A program made the translations under genes and the position numbers. A stretch of 64,000 bases of DNA from Selaginella moellendorffii (Eukaryota; Plantae; Lycopodiophyta), in contig NW_003314268.1 of the NCBI RefSeq assembly GCF_000143415.4, positions 3,108,559 through 3,172,558 of the forward strand, in the 5' to 3' direction. The notes under the pieces were generated by a model. It saw only the letters and a program-made list of their open reading frames with translations, was not told the origin of the DNA and did no database searches. Below, piece by piece: positions 1 through 12,560 of the stretch (position 1 is the first letter of the stretch; each line of letters begins with the position of its first letter).

Positions 1-475
1 CAGCATTTATAAAAGGTAGGCTGCCCCAGCTACCATTTCGAGGGCTCTTGCCCTCATCCGTACTTGACCTCTCATGGTTATTATTTCCGGTCTCAAATTC
101 ATGAGCACCAGCCTCAACTATGTGCGGATTATCTTGTGACTTCTTTATTATTTTGGAGTCTGCATTTTTCCCGTGATCCCAACTATAGTTGTTTACCACA
201 ACTACCTTAGCTAGTTTGCTGAGTCAAACGCTCATCCAGATCACATCCTCAACTCTTTGAGGGAAATCTTATACCGTTCCCAAGATCCCGAAGTCATTCC
301 CTTACTAGCCCTTTTCTATCCACCATATCGCTCACAAGTTCACACATGAACTTGAGTGGAGAGCCATGTCCTCTCGACGTGCTACTCCTCGAGGATAGGT
401 CCATATCTAGGACCTTCCAATTCCAATACAAGTGGTGATATACTTGGCCACCAATAAGAGTTGGACTAAGGAACA

Positions 476-487
476 ACTCCGATACCA
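476..487 (-). promoter_or_regulatory. Primer-binding site, tRNA-iMet type (TGGTATCGGAG; one A>G change versus canonical TGGTATCAGAGC)
   Basis: Lies immediately inside the LTR end at 491. Confidence 0.8.
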
Positions 488-1469
488 AGTTGTAAGCGAC
501 TAAATTTTCCATTCTACTTTAGTCACTTAACCACACCTTTGACCACTTGGGGGAGTCTCATTCACAACCTCCTTAAGTCCAATTCAGGACTTGGGACTTG
601 CTAGCCTCGAGGATGGCATCTATGCCACTCATCCCTTGCACTTAGTCCAAGTGCTCCACATGTCCAGTCCCAAGATCGACACCCAAAGGTACCACTGACA
701 TATCGGCCCGTTACGCTAAGGCCATACCCATTCATCTTTGCCGCACTAGTGGTCCAATACCACTTGCATCACAATCCCATCTCTCCAAGATTGGGCCATT
801 CGTCCACAAGTGGTCAACCCAGATCCACTCCTTAGCATCTTAATAGCCTTCCCCAATATCCCTTTGTCAGTTCCTACCAAGTCCCTTTTCTGTCCATGGC
901 CATGTTTGCCGACACTGCCACTAGATCAAGGCCCACAGGCTCGACCACTAGGTCCTATGGTCCTCTGGGACTTCCTCACCATGTGACTGTATCCTTAGTC
1001 ACTACACTAGAGGACTGCTCCTCCTCCTTTCCCCCATTTGGGACTCTGGGGCAACGTTTCGGAACACCATGGGCCTACGCGAGCCCCGTGGGTACTCTCC
1101 CCACCTTCCGCCTTTAGGTGCTCTAGCCATGGGCTTAGAGCGAGGTTCCATTGAGCCACGCCTGGTATCCAAGTAGGTAGTGCCACCCACACTTGGACTG
1201 GGAGCATCGGCCAGTCGATCTCCCGGGGGAACTAGAGCCAGCTCTTGAACACTTGACCAAGCTACCCCACTTGTCGGTCTGTATTCACTCTAGTCTTGGA
1301 CTTCCTAATGGTCAGTTCATCACCCAACACTGGGTCCGGCCTTTCTGGGCCAAACTGGACTTTCCTGGCCAAATTGGCTCCACTGCAGTCCTCCCCCTTA
1401 CTATACTTTTGGAGCTCACCAAACCCCCCAGGGTCTGGGAGACGAACGATTTGGGCTTTCACCCTCTCA

Positions 1470-1880
1470 GACTCAAACTCGGACTCAGACTCGGACTTGG
1501 ACTCGGACTCAGACTCGGACTTGGACTCGGACTCAGACTCAGACTTGGGCTCGGGCTGGGTCTCGGCCTCAGTCTCGTCTTGGTCTCAGTCCCGGTCTCG
1601 GTTTCGGTCTCGGTCCCGGTCTCGGTCTCGACCTTAGACTCCATCTCGGGTCCTTCTCGGACTCCATCTCAGATTCCATCTCGGGTCCATCTCGGACTCC
1701 ATCTCGGTCCATCTCGGACTCCGTCTCGGTCCATCTCGGACTCCGTCTCGGTCCATCTCGGACTCCATCTCAAACTCCGTCTCGGTCCATCTCGGACTCC
1801 ATCTCGGACTCCACCTCGGACTCCATCTCGGACTCCGTCTTGGTCCATCTTGGACTCCAACTCAAGTCCATCTCGGACAC
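1470..1880. repeat. LTR-internal tandem array: GACTCG/GGTCTC hexamers, then 10-12-nt GACTCCATCTCG / GGTCCATCTC units
   Basis: Visible directly. Same array with different copy number at about 18240-18680, 20090-20290, 48620-49140 and 51460-51890. It produces the spurious SD/LG/ET-repeat ORFs. Confidence 0.9.
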
Positions 1881-2109
1881 TTCCACGTGTCATGTGTTGG
1901 TCCTTTTGGGTCCCTTTTTGGAGCCTCGCTTATTGCTCGCTTCGTGCTTGTTCCTCGAGCACTTTGTTGGGAGTTCCACTCCCGCTCTCGACCTTTCAAG
2001 TCGGAGCTTTTAGTCCAAATGTGTTACGCTCGTTTGGCTTTTGTTTCGGCCATTACCACATGGCACCCTTCCAGCTCCACTTTGGGGCCAAGGGATTTTG
2101 TGTCTCACA

Positions 2110-3850
2110 TAATAATCTAACAAGCATAACATGTATGGACTAAAGGTTCTGAATTAGAAAGTCAAAAGTGGGAGTGGAATTCCAAACGAAGTGCTCAAGG
2201 GATGAGTACAAAGTAATCGATGAATGAGTTTTTTAAAAGGGATATAAAAAAAGACTGATATATGGCAAGTGTTGTGATGCATGGAAGTGTCAGAAACGAG
2301 TCTAAAAAGGAGTTTGAGAAAGACCCGAGAAGGATTCTAAGATGGAGTCCAAGATAGACCCGAAATGGAATCTGAGATGGACCCGAGGTGAAGTCCGAGA
2401 TGGACCCCAGATGGAGTCTGAGATGGACCCAAGATGGAGTTTAAAATGGACTTGAGATTGAATTCAAGATAGACCCTAGATTGAGTCATAGATTGTAGCG
2501 CATGTGATCATGAGATGAGATTTGAATATACTGTCACTGTGGATCCTTAAAACCTTGGGGGATACATAGGGATAAAATAAACACTAAGGGCTCTCTCATC
2601 AAGCAATTGCCCCTTTTCTAATTAACGTGTGGTATCGGAGCAAATGGGGGTGAGTGTAGCGCATGTGATCATAGGATGAGATTTAGATATACTGTCACTG
2701 TGAATCCTTGGAATCTTAGGGGATAAATAAGGAGAGAGATAAGGTGCACTACATAAATGGACCCGAGATGGAGTTTGAGGTCGAGTCTGAGATGGACTTG
2801 AGATGGAGTACAAGGTCAAGGCTAAGAAAGATATTGAGACCAAGTTTGAGTTCAAGTTTTAGTTCGAATCCAAGTCCGAGTCTGATAGTGAAAGCCCAAA
2901 GCATTTGTCTCCCAAACCCTAGGGGGTTTGATGAGCTGTGAAAGTATAGTAAGGGGGAGGACTCCAATGGAGCCAATTTGGCCAAGAAAGACCAATATGA
3001 TCAAGGAAGGTTATACTTATGTGTTGGGTGATGATATAATCACTAAGGAGTCCAAGGCTAAAATAAATACAAATAGATAAGTAAGGTAACTTGATGAAGT
3101 GTTCAAGAGCCAGCATTAACTCCCCTAAGAGATTAAATGGTCGATGCTTCCAATTCAAATGTGGGTAGCACTACCTACTTGGATACTTGGCATGGCTCAT
3201 TAGAACCTCGCTCTAACCACATGGCTAGAGCACTCAAAGGCGGAAGGTGTGGGAGAGTACCCACGAGACTCACATAGGACCACAGTGTTTTGAAATGTCA
3301 TTCCAAAGTACTAGATTGTGGAAAGGAAAAGAAGTAGTCCAAGTGGAAGGTGGGGAGAGTACCCATAAGATTTACATATGACCATAGTGTTTCAAAATGT
3401 CATTCCAAAGTCCTAGATTATAAAAAGGAAAAGAAATAGTCCTTTTGTGCTACAGTCATATGGTGAGGAAGTCCTAAAGGTCGGTGGGACTTAATAGCTA
3501 GGCTTTTAAACCTTGACTCAATGGTAGTGTCGGCAAGTATGGTAATGGATAAAGACTTGGTGGGAACTGAAAAAGGGACATTGGGGAAGGGTGTTCCCTA
3601 TGTCTTCTAGCATTTTAAAGATGCTAAAATGTGGTTATGGGATGATCACTCATAGATAAATGGCCTACTCTTTGAAAAATATAGATGGTCTTTGACCACC
3701 AATGTAATATAAATGAATGGGCATGGCTTTAGCATAATGGGTTGATATCAGTCAAGAATAGGACATATGGAGGTGGCAAGCGAAACTCCTCCAAGTGGTC
3801 AAAAGTATTGTTAAGTGACTAAAGTAGAATGGAAAATTTAATTGCTTACA
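2110..3850 (+). mobile_element. Older, degraded family-A LTR in opposite orientation
   Basis: Colinear with the reverse complement of 491-2109 and ends ...AATTGCTTACA at 3850. Contains an about 100-bp tandem duplication (about 3242-3442) and the TRIM insertion. Confidence 0.8.
2494..2753 (+). mobile_element. TRIM (terminal-repeat retrotransposon in miniature), 260 bp
   Basis: Direct repeats starting TGTAGCGCATGTGATCAT at 2494 and 2655; the second ends GCACTACA (2753). Internal TGGTATCGGAGC (2630-2641) and purine tract GGGGGTGAG just before repeat 2. Flanks TAGAT/TAAAT (5-bp TSD, 1 mismatch). Confidence 0.75.
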
Positions 3851-3899
3851 TGATAAAGTGTAAATCAATCAAATACCTTTGTCTAACAGACTTAAAATT

Positions 3900-6350
3900 C
3901 AAGCAAAAGTAAGAAACATATGCTAGAAAAACCTAAAAGTATTGAAACAATTGAGCTTTATAACAAAAAAAAATGATTCAAAAATCTCTAGAATTGTTCA
4001 AAAACTTTGGGAGTGATTTATATAATAATAGCATTAGAAGTTTGTTGATCCAAGCCAACACTTCAAATTGCCATTATAATGCCTAGTTATCTTTGAACTA
4101 TCATATGTTAACCAAAACCAAATGAAAACATATATATGGATGAGTATGGTTTACACAATATAGTATAATTATGCATGATATTTCTTTTACATTAGGACAG
4201 TTTTAACGTTGCACGAAGTAAGATCCTAGCTGCAGGGACGACTTTTCTTCAATCATTTCTGTAAGAGTTAGAGCTTCTCATCAAAGAAGGTGTAGGAGTG
4301 ATATATAGTTTTCCAGGAGGTTTTGAGTCAAATAGTGATAAAATTAGATGTAGGAGATGCCATTAGGAGATAACCAATGCTAGTATTTTATCTAAATTCA
4401 TAAAGCTACATAAAAGGATTGAAAGAATGGTGTTTGAAAAACTAAAACTATAGAGTTGATGGTTTACAAGTCCATCTAAGAGAAGTACAATAAAATAAAG
4501 GGATTCAAGGAAAGTCATTACTATTGAAACTAAAAACACATATTTATAACTAGATATTTTTCTTACTATTTTTGTAACTTGTTTTTGCAGACTCTATATT
4601 TTAGAAGCATGCATCATGGAATCAATACATACTCTTGCAATTAACAACTGCAAGAAAATTAATAAAGAGATTTTTAGAGTCATGATTAAAATTAAAACAA
4701 AGGTAAGGATGATGACTATTCACTCACCATTTTAACAAAATGATATAATGTTAACCACCATAAAATCTTTTTCTTGGCTCATGCAAATGAATAAGGTTTT
4801 CTTTCAATGGTATACTTTATATGTGATAGCTATATTGGTTGGAGATGCCTTGATAGAATAGTTGAGGCTCATTAGATATTATGACCATATTCTATATGCC
4901 AGAGATTGACATTTGAGACCATATGGACAATTAAATCTATTGAATGGAAATTCATATATGTCTATATTAGAGTAATATTTGGGACAAAATCTCACTGAAA
5001 ACATCTTTATTTATGAAGAGCATATAGTGCTAAAAGTGAGTTCCAGGTTTTGTATGAAATCCCCAAATTGAAAATAATATGGTTGAAACATCATAAGAAT
5101 TGTGAACTAAGTTTTGGTATGATTTTTACTTAACTTTTTTTTTTCTACAGATCATTCTTCAAAAGTATGAATTTGCTAAAGGTCAAAGAAACTAATAGGC
5201 TACTACCACTAGAAAGTCTGAAGAAGATCTTAGGATCTTACTTTGTTACACTATAAATAACATAAAAATTGTGCCCTTACAATTTATAGCCTTGTTGTGG
5301 AAAAAAAACAGGGATCCTTAGCTTATGTTTACAAAAAACTAAAATCATTGTTAGCCATTTAATACCAATGATTACAAAATGTAGAGTTATGTTCAGTTTG
5401 GAGAAACTCATAGAAAACAAAAATGGCCCCATCTTTGATGCCAACACAAATGCAATTTGAATATCTAAGTATGTTAAACTATATAGTTTTTATTATGTTT
5501 TTGGTTTGCTTAGAGTAGTGTAGAATATACTTGGATATTCTAGGATATTCCACTATCTAATGATTGTTATTCACTTGAATTAATCTCGTATTTGTAATTT
5601 TATAGATATAATTATAATTTATAAACTTTCCCAAATATTTCCTTGTATATTCTAGTTTATTTAATGGTTGATATGTAATAAGATTAGTCTTTATAAACTT
5701 TCAGTTAATCAATTATATTATTAAATAATAATAAGAAATACTATTAAGCAAACCAAATGTTGCTGCATGCAACATGCAGCAAATTATTATTATTTTACTT
5801 ATCAGAAAATTTATATTATTGAGACTTATTTCATAGCAAATTAGTATAAGAATTCTAATTACAATGTTTAAGGCACTTTGTTTCTGTTTTTTTTTCTTAA
5901 ATAACACATTTTTAGGGTAGATAAATACACTTGATGGCATATTTTAACTCTTGATTTTATGCATTCTGATCATATATACAATCTTAATTTCCAAAAGTAT
6001 TTTCCAACAACAGCAATATAAATTTTAGTTGAGGACATAGTAGAACTTTAAGGAAGGCTCGCCCATATTGTGGAGGTTACATTAATGCAAACTATATAAA
6101 TCAAGTTGTTGGAGAGCATTGATAATGTTCCTAAAACTTTATACTTGAAAGATCCATCTTGTAATTCTTAGTGAATAATATTAATTTTTTTGTTTACTTA
6201 CATAGGGAAGTAAACACTTTCAAGGATGGATGAGTTAAAGACATTGCCATTTGATATTGGATAATATAGGCTTATAATAAACTGGGTAGATTAGATGGTC
6301 GGCTATGACATGAATAATTTGATCAAACTATAATCTATATGAATAATTAT
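3900..6350 (+). pseudogene. Heavily decayed, AT-rich, intron-containing transposase-like remnant (probably hAT); second copy of its 3' part at about 26471-27400
   Basis: Frame-broken peptides LFMKSI, LAYVYKKL, VDKHTRWH and GLPILW...SNC.RA..F...H resemble hAT core and dimerisation motifs. No intact ORF. Confidence 0.35.
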
Positions 6351-6578
6351 ATAGCATATAAACTCTAGAAAACTAATTGGATAACAATGTTTCAGAAAAA
6401 CTATACACTATCTAGGCTATAAGAAAATTATGTGAAAAATCCATATGAAAATGAAAATTTATACATAATGCTAAAAATATATTTAAAAAACAATACCAAA
6501 AGGATAGCCGCACACCAAATTTGCAGGTGGGAAAAGCCGTGTTTGATCGCTTCGTGGAGTCTGGACAGTGGCTCCAGT

Positions 6579-9168
6579 CCGTGTTACGAACACGGCCGGG
6601 ATCCCGGCCGTGTTCACCGTGTTTCACGAACACGGCCATGGGTCGTGTTCCCACAGCCGTGTTCGTGAACAGTGGTCCGTGTTACTAACACGGACTGTGA
6701 TCCCGGCGACCACGGCCGGGATCACGGTCCGTGTTAGTAACACGGACCACTGTTCAGAATATTCTCGTGCAGAATATTCTGGTTTTAGGGCGCACGGCAT
6801 CACACGACAATCCAGCCAGGGCGCACCATTTCAGGGCACAGCAGCAGCAATCCAAGGCAAACAAGCATGGCGTAGCAATCCAGCATATTGCGAAAGCATC
6901 CTTCTTCGCAATGGTGGGATGAGGTAAGTGTTCTTGAGAGCAGGGGGCATGGCCACAAATTATGGTCATGCAAATATTGCCCAATGGTGAACAAACTGAG
7001 TGGTGTTGATCGTGTGCAAGCTCATCTGTTAGGAGAAGGCCCAGGCAGCAAGGATATTGTGAGTTGTCCTCTCATCCCAGGTAACAAGAAAGCGGATTTG
7101 CTCAATATGCAAAAGGTTATTGATTCCGAGAAAGGGGCAAGGGGGAAGAAACGGCTGAATGAATCTGGTGGTGCTTCTATGAGAATGGATGGCAATGTCC
7201 AAGGATTTCCACCGGTGGTATCATCCCAGTCAAGTGGAAGTGGCTGCAGTTCCCTGTTTTTTAGCAAACAGAGTCAAGTCCATATTGTTGATTCGATGGA
7301 TCCTGAGCGGAAGAACCGAGTTGATGTGGCTATCGGAAGATTTTTCTGGAATGAACACATTCCATTTGTCAAGGCTCGGTCACCTTACTTCCTCAACATG
7401 ATACAGGAAGTTGCCAGGCATGGTGTGCCTTATGCACCACCAAAATATGATGATCTCCGGGATAAGCTTTTGGTGAAAGAGAAACGATTCATTGACATTG
7501 AGATGGTGTCCTTGAGGAAGAAGTGGGAGCAGAGGGGTGTAACCATATGCACAAATGGGTGGGCAGATAGGAGGAATCGGCATATCATGGGGCTTGTGGC
7601 ATATAGTCAAGGATGAGGAGCTTTTTTGAAGGCTATCGACATTTCCTTAACAGGAAAAACAGCTGAAAATACTCTGCACTGCTGGGAAGAAGGCATTAAC
7701 ATTGTAGGTGCAGAGAACGTTGTTATGGTTGTGACCGATGGGGAAAATGCAAACAGAGCAGCAGCAGCACTTTTGCAACAGAGGTACCCGAAAATTCAAT
7801 GGGCAGCATGTTTTGCCCATTGCTTGAACAATGCCTTGAAAGACTTTGGTGTACTTCGATGGATGGCAACACTTCTGGAGCGTGGAAAGTCTTTGGTGAT
7901 CTTCGTTAGAAACCACTCTCATATAGTGGCACTGCTGGCGGAGTTTACTCACAAGCGATTGCTGTGTTATTGTGATACCAGGTTCGGCTACAACTTCATT
8001 ATGATGGAGAGGCTGGTGGAGCTCCGAGAAGCTTTACAACAGATGTTCGTATGCCCTGCGTACAGAGCAAGGCTTGAGTTGAAGTCGAGAGCAGGAAGGG
8101 ACAGTTATGCAACGGTTTTTGATGACAGTTTCTGGCAACAGGTTAAGGACATGCTAGAGGTGTCCAAGGATGTTATGCTGCTTCTTCGTGTTGTGGACGG
8201 TGATATATCTGCGATTGGAAAGATATATGAGTGCATGAACAGGTTGGATGCAAGTTTAGAGGAAGGACAGTCGGATTATGGCAGGTACAGGGAACTTCAT
8301 CAGATCATGTCTAATAGGTGGCATGAGTATCACTCGCTCATGCACTCGGTGGCGTACATGTTGGACCCCAAGTTTCAGGAGTATGAAAAGCATGCTAACA
8401 GAGAGGTCATGAAGGACTGGAATGCTTATCTGCTGGCCATGTTTACATCCAGTGAGAGGGATGTGATACGTGATGAGCTTTTAACTTACCGGAGGATAGG
8501 AGGCATTTTCAACTCATATGATGCTAAGGCTGATCGCACTAAGAGGGGAGCTGTACGTTGGTGGGAGGACTATGGTTATGAAACTCCAGCTCTTCAGAAG
8601 TTGGCCATTCGAGTTCTAAGTCAGGCATGCTCGTCATCCTCGGTGGAGAGATTGTTCAGTACTTTCGAGCATGTTTCTTCAAAAAAGAGGAACAGACTTA
8701 CCATGGACAGAACAGCGGATCTGGTTTTTGTGGCTTGCAACACCAGGTTGTTAACCTGCAAAAATGATTGTGATTACGACAAGTTTGTAAGCTACAAAGT
8801 CCTGGAGACAGTTCCTCATCCTGAAGACGAGCTTGAGTCAGGACAGGAAGAGGAAGATGGAGATGATGTCGAAGATCGTGAGATCGAAGATCATGAGGTT
8901 GAAGATGACGATGAGATGCAGGATATTTGAGTAGTTTAAAAGTGTGAAGTAGTTTATGTGCAAATAAAAATATTAAGAATAATATAATAAAATATAGCAT
9001 ATTCCTATAATAATATAATAAGAAATAGAATATAATTTTTAAATAACATATTCTTAGAATATTCAGTAGAATATTCGTGAGCCACCGTGTGCCGTGATCG
9101 TGTTCCATGTTCGGGTTCCTGAAATCTGAGGCTCGTGTTCGTGTTCCGTGTTCGTGTTCGTAACCATG
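6579..9168 (+). mobile_element. hAT-superfamily DNA transposon, full length (2590 bp)
   Basis: 8-bp TSD GCTCCAGT (6571-6578 and 9169-9176). Imperfect TIRs CCGTGTTACGAACACG / CATGGTTACGAACACG. Subterminal CCGTGTT/AACACGG repeats. Empty site with a single GCTCCAGT at 27615-27622 in the duplicate. Confidence 0.95.
6888..8930 (+). pseudogene. hAT transposase (BED-like Zn finger, DUF659-like core, hATC dimerisation domain), inactivated
   Basis: ORFs 6888-7616 and 7626-8930 are in the same frame, split by one TGA. Motifs WSCKYC..H..C, VVTDGEN, CFAHCLN, TRF, WW.DYG..P.LQKLAIRVLSQACSSSSVERLFS..KKRNRL. The first catalytic Asp reads N (TICTNGW). Confidence 0.9.
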
Positions 9169-9429
9169 GCTCCAGTGACTTGGCTTGTGACATGCTCATG
9201 GTCAAGCTCTATTGCCTGTGGAAGGAGCAATCGCTCATTTTGCAAACCATGGCAGCCAAGTTTGGCATTTCCTGGATTGTCAATGGACAAGCAAACAGGT
9301 GGCATTGTAGTGGCTACACTCGGCAGTGCAGCGTGGGAGTAGAGAGAAGATCGAGGTATATTTTCATATCAAAAATTGGAAAACCTGAAAACACCGACAT
9401 TTCTCAAGTGTTTATTGTTGGCTGAGCGC

Positions 9430-10830
9430 CTAAGTGATCTCTAGGAGGCACTTGCGTGCGTTCCACGCATTGAGCGCATCCTGAGGACTCCAGTTGGTGA
9501 CTTGACGACCAACAAGAGTCTTGAGCATGCTATCGTAGAACCTCTTTTGCCCCCTGGCAAGCTCCGCTTCACCGCCAAGGGTAGGCATCTTGTTATACTC
9601 TTGTACCGTCCTGCAAGTCTGTCAATACCAAAGCGCTTGGAAACGCGGCTCTTACCTGATGAAGAAGCGGCGAACCGGGTGAAGACCATTGTGGATTCTC
9701 ATCTTGATCTTAGCGAAGTCCTTCCACGTTTCGAAGTTGTTCTGTAATTCGGTGCGGGTGAAGCTTGGAGTGAATTTCTTCGGATTCGCCTCCATCTTTT
9801 CTTCCGGGAACTCTGCGCACACGACCACAAATAGCTAGACGGGCAGCCGTTTTTGCAGTCATTTACCTTGCAAGCTGGCCTGATCAACCTGATTGTTCTC
9901 CACCCAAACGAAACCATCTATTTCCAGGATTCCGTAATACCAGTCATCCCAGTTATCCTTGTCACCGGCCTAGAAGACGATATGCTCATGATCCAAGTGA
10001 CTAACTATTCTTACCATGGTGGTAACTGGCGGTCTGTAGCTCTTCGGATGCGCTGCTGTCTCCAGAAGTTCCTGTATGGCGTACATAGCTGGCCGGTAGA
10101 GATTCTCGACGCCCGCGTTGCGTTTGAAATCCAACGTCACCTTGAGCCGCAGGCCACGAAGCGTGTAGCGTTTAGTGTACACGTACATCTTCCAATCCGA
10201 ATGGTGCCTCGGAGAAGAATTGCTCGCAGACTGAGGTTTATCAGCAGGTCATCTGTTGAAGAGTCCAAAGACTCTCAGAGTTGGGAAGGTTTTGCGCGTC
10301 AACCTGGGTCGCCTGTCTTCCTTGTCAACCTCATACTGGAGCACAAAGTCCGCAGATGGCGATGACGGGGGCTCCTTTCCAAGTTCGCGGGGCCTTGTAA
10401 AGCGGCCAAGGTTCCGTAGCATCCTGTCCAGTATCGGTGCGACCTGCATCTCTTCTTTGCAATCACCTTGGAACGAAGTCGAGTAGGCCACATCGTTGGC
10501 GATGAGCTTGTTGACGCAATGAAGAGCCTGACATCTCCACGGCAGCAAACCTATCGTATGAGGGCGCTTGCATAGAGAAGAAATGATTTTAACTTTTTTA
10601 CCGTGATCTTTCATGACTAGCAAGTAGCATGCATTGGAGCATCGGCCACTTCAATATGGTTCTCCAATTCAGGTAGGACCTCTAGCACTACCTGTCTTTT
10701 CTGCTCTCCACATATCCTGACCACAGTCCAAAAGAGCCCCGGAATTTCATCTTGTCGAACACTTTTATATTCCCCTCCATTTGAGTAGCAGCTGGAGAAT
10801 AGGCTTCCGGACTTTCCAAGCTGGAAGTTC
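9430..10830 (-). pseudogene. Decayed intronless ORF of unknown family (about 450 codons, several in-frame stops)
   Basis: Minus-strand segments 10688-10850, 10249-10623, 9970-10188 and onward read as one protein-like sequence interrupted by stops (e.g. KVFDKMKFRGSFGLWSGY..., DWYYGILEIDGFVWVEN...). Confidence 0.4.
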
Positions 10831-11251
10831 TGGAGAGAAGCATGGCTATCCACCCACTCTTATAAAGTGTGCAAATTTTTAATTTTTTCCTTGTCAGTTT
10901 ACTAGGGGGGAGTGTATCACATAATTGTTTACCTGAAATCACATTCAAATACTTATCAATCAGTTCTTTCAAACATTCTCTTCTGCTAATGTCAAGATAC
11001 AGTAATATTCTGTTGATATTGAAATCCAAGTAATTCACAAACCTATATCTTGAAATCGAAGTGTTCGGTTTTGAAATATAGATAAGTTCTATAGCTCAAC
11101 TCAATTAAAATGCCTTTGAGCTGCTATCTTAGAGCCGAGAGAAGTTCCACTTTATTTTCAGTCTTGTCTTGGCAAATTTTACCATAGAGAAATCTCAAGC
11201 AGCCAATATAAAACCTTGCAAGAACCCTAATTTCTGGTGGTTATTTGGGCA

Positions 11252-12560
11252 ATGGCCGCAACTGGCGGTGATGTGCCGTCGCGTGGCGGAAATCCGTGGC
11301 GCCATCGAATGCTCGGAATGGATTCCTGGAAGCACGATCGAGATTGAATGCGGGCACATTCCGGCAACAGCAGCAGCAGCGAGGATTTCAAGTGATAACG
11401 GCAGCTACACGACTGTTCACAGAGAGTGGAAGCCGATGGTGAAATTGCGTGGTATAGGGTTCTTGCCTCCTGATTTTCTTGTTTCCTCGCAGCTGGTCCT
11501 GTGGATATCAATTCCAATCTTAGCTTTGTCTTGTATCCCGATCCCAAGCTCCGCGCGAGGAACATCCGCATCAATTCCTTCGATGATAATGTCAAGAAGC
11601 TTATGCTGGACGTGACGTACAGGTATGTTCCTCGCGAATTTCATTACGTTGGCATGCCTTGTTTTCTTGTCTTTCTTTTCATTTTTGCCAGGAGAGATGG
11701 AGTAGGCTTGTCGACTCCACGATTAGGCAAAGGCAAAGGGTATGTTTTCGTGAATCCAATGATTGTCAAGTTTGGGAAAGAGCGAGAAGCTGATACTCTA
11801 GAAGGATGCCTACCTTTTTACGGCGCTCAAGCCGATGCCTAGGTACTATTCCTTTTGTACATAGAGATTCTCTTTTATAACTTGCGTCTTTGTTTCCAGA
11901 GACCGATATCGATCTGAGTTGAAAGCTCAAGATATCAATGATGCTTTATTTCGTTAAAGTGGGATTTTTCATTATCCCACTTATAGTGTGTGGCCACATG
12001 CCATTTTTATAACAACAATAAAAAATTGAAGTTTTAACTTTATAATTTATAAATTAAAAACTTTTCATATGATTTTGTGTTATAATATTGTGAAATATAA
12101 AAAAATAAATTAAAAAACTGATAGAAATATTAATAAATATTAATTAAGTACTAGGAAATGGCATGTGGACACATGCTAATTAATGTCCCACTTTACTGAA
12201 TAAGTCCCACTTTAATGAAATAAAGCTTAACGGGAAGAAATTTGGTACCACCTTCAGGGGCTGGACTGCTCGAATTTTCCGACATGAGTATGATCACCTG
12301 GAGGTAATGTCTCGTTTGTTTTTTTTCTGTGCAAACATCAAGGTGGCCGTGGTATTTGTTCGCACAGGGTGTCCTTTACATCGACCAGATGACTCCAAAA
12401 GCACTGAACTCAATTGGACAAGAACTTTTGGTAAGAGATTCCATAGTTGTATGTGCCCTCATGTCGGCTTTGTTTGCAGAATCTGGAAGAGGAGTTTGAG
12501 AAGAGGTCTGGGACGCCTCGTCCCGATGTGGTTAAAGACAAACTGTTAAGTTTGATCCCG
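11252..12560 (+). pseudogene. PDF1B: Peptide deformylase (PDF1B-type) pseudogene
   Basis: YPDPKLR, DGVGLS, FVNP, EGCL and ARIFRHEYDHLE (HExxH) motifs over GT-AG exons. In-frame stops (TAG about 11840, TGA about 11915) and a MITE insertion. Only the last exons survive in copy 2 (about 27949-28150). Confidence 0.85.
11943..12226. mobile_element. MITE (about 284 bp, AT-rich) inserted in the PDF exon
   Basis: 22-bp TIRs GCTTTATTTCGTTAAAGTGGGA / TCCCACTTTAATGAAATAAAGC (1 mismatch). Removing it restores QDIN-GKK. TSD not clean. Confidence 0.8.

Larger units (their letters stand above)
1..2109 (-). mobile_element. LTR retrotransposon family A, 5' end: 1.6-kb 5' LTR (491-2109), PBS and internal region running off the left edge
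   Basis: On the minus strand the LTR reads TGTGAGACAC...CTTACA (2109 to 491). It is followed after 3 nt by TGGTATCGGAG (487-477), an iMet-type PBS. The same LTR recurs at 19102-20512, 48389-50138 and 50458-52112. Confidence 0.9.

Noticed and set aside
1193-2143. ORFs with SDSDSD, LGLGLG or ETETET repeats (also about 18.2-20.4 kb and 48.5-52.1 kb), resembling Sdr adhesins or SR proteins
   Set aside because: They are translations of the LTR-internal hexamer/12-mer array, open in several frames and not conserved between LTR copies.
7614-7616. Programmed read-through, selenocysteine or editing of the in-frame TGA in the hAT transposase
   Set aside because: CGA>TGA deamination is simpler, and a second inactivating D>N change is present.
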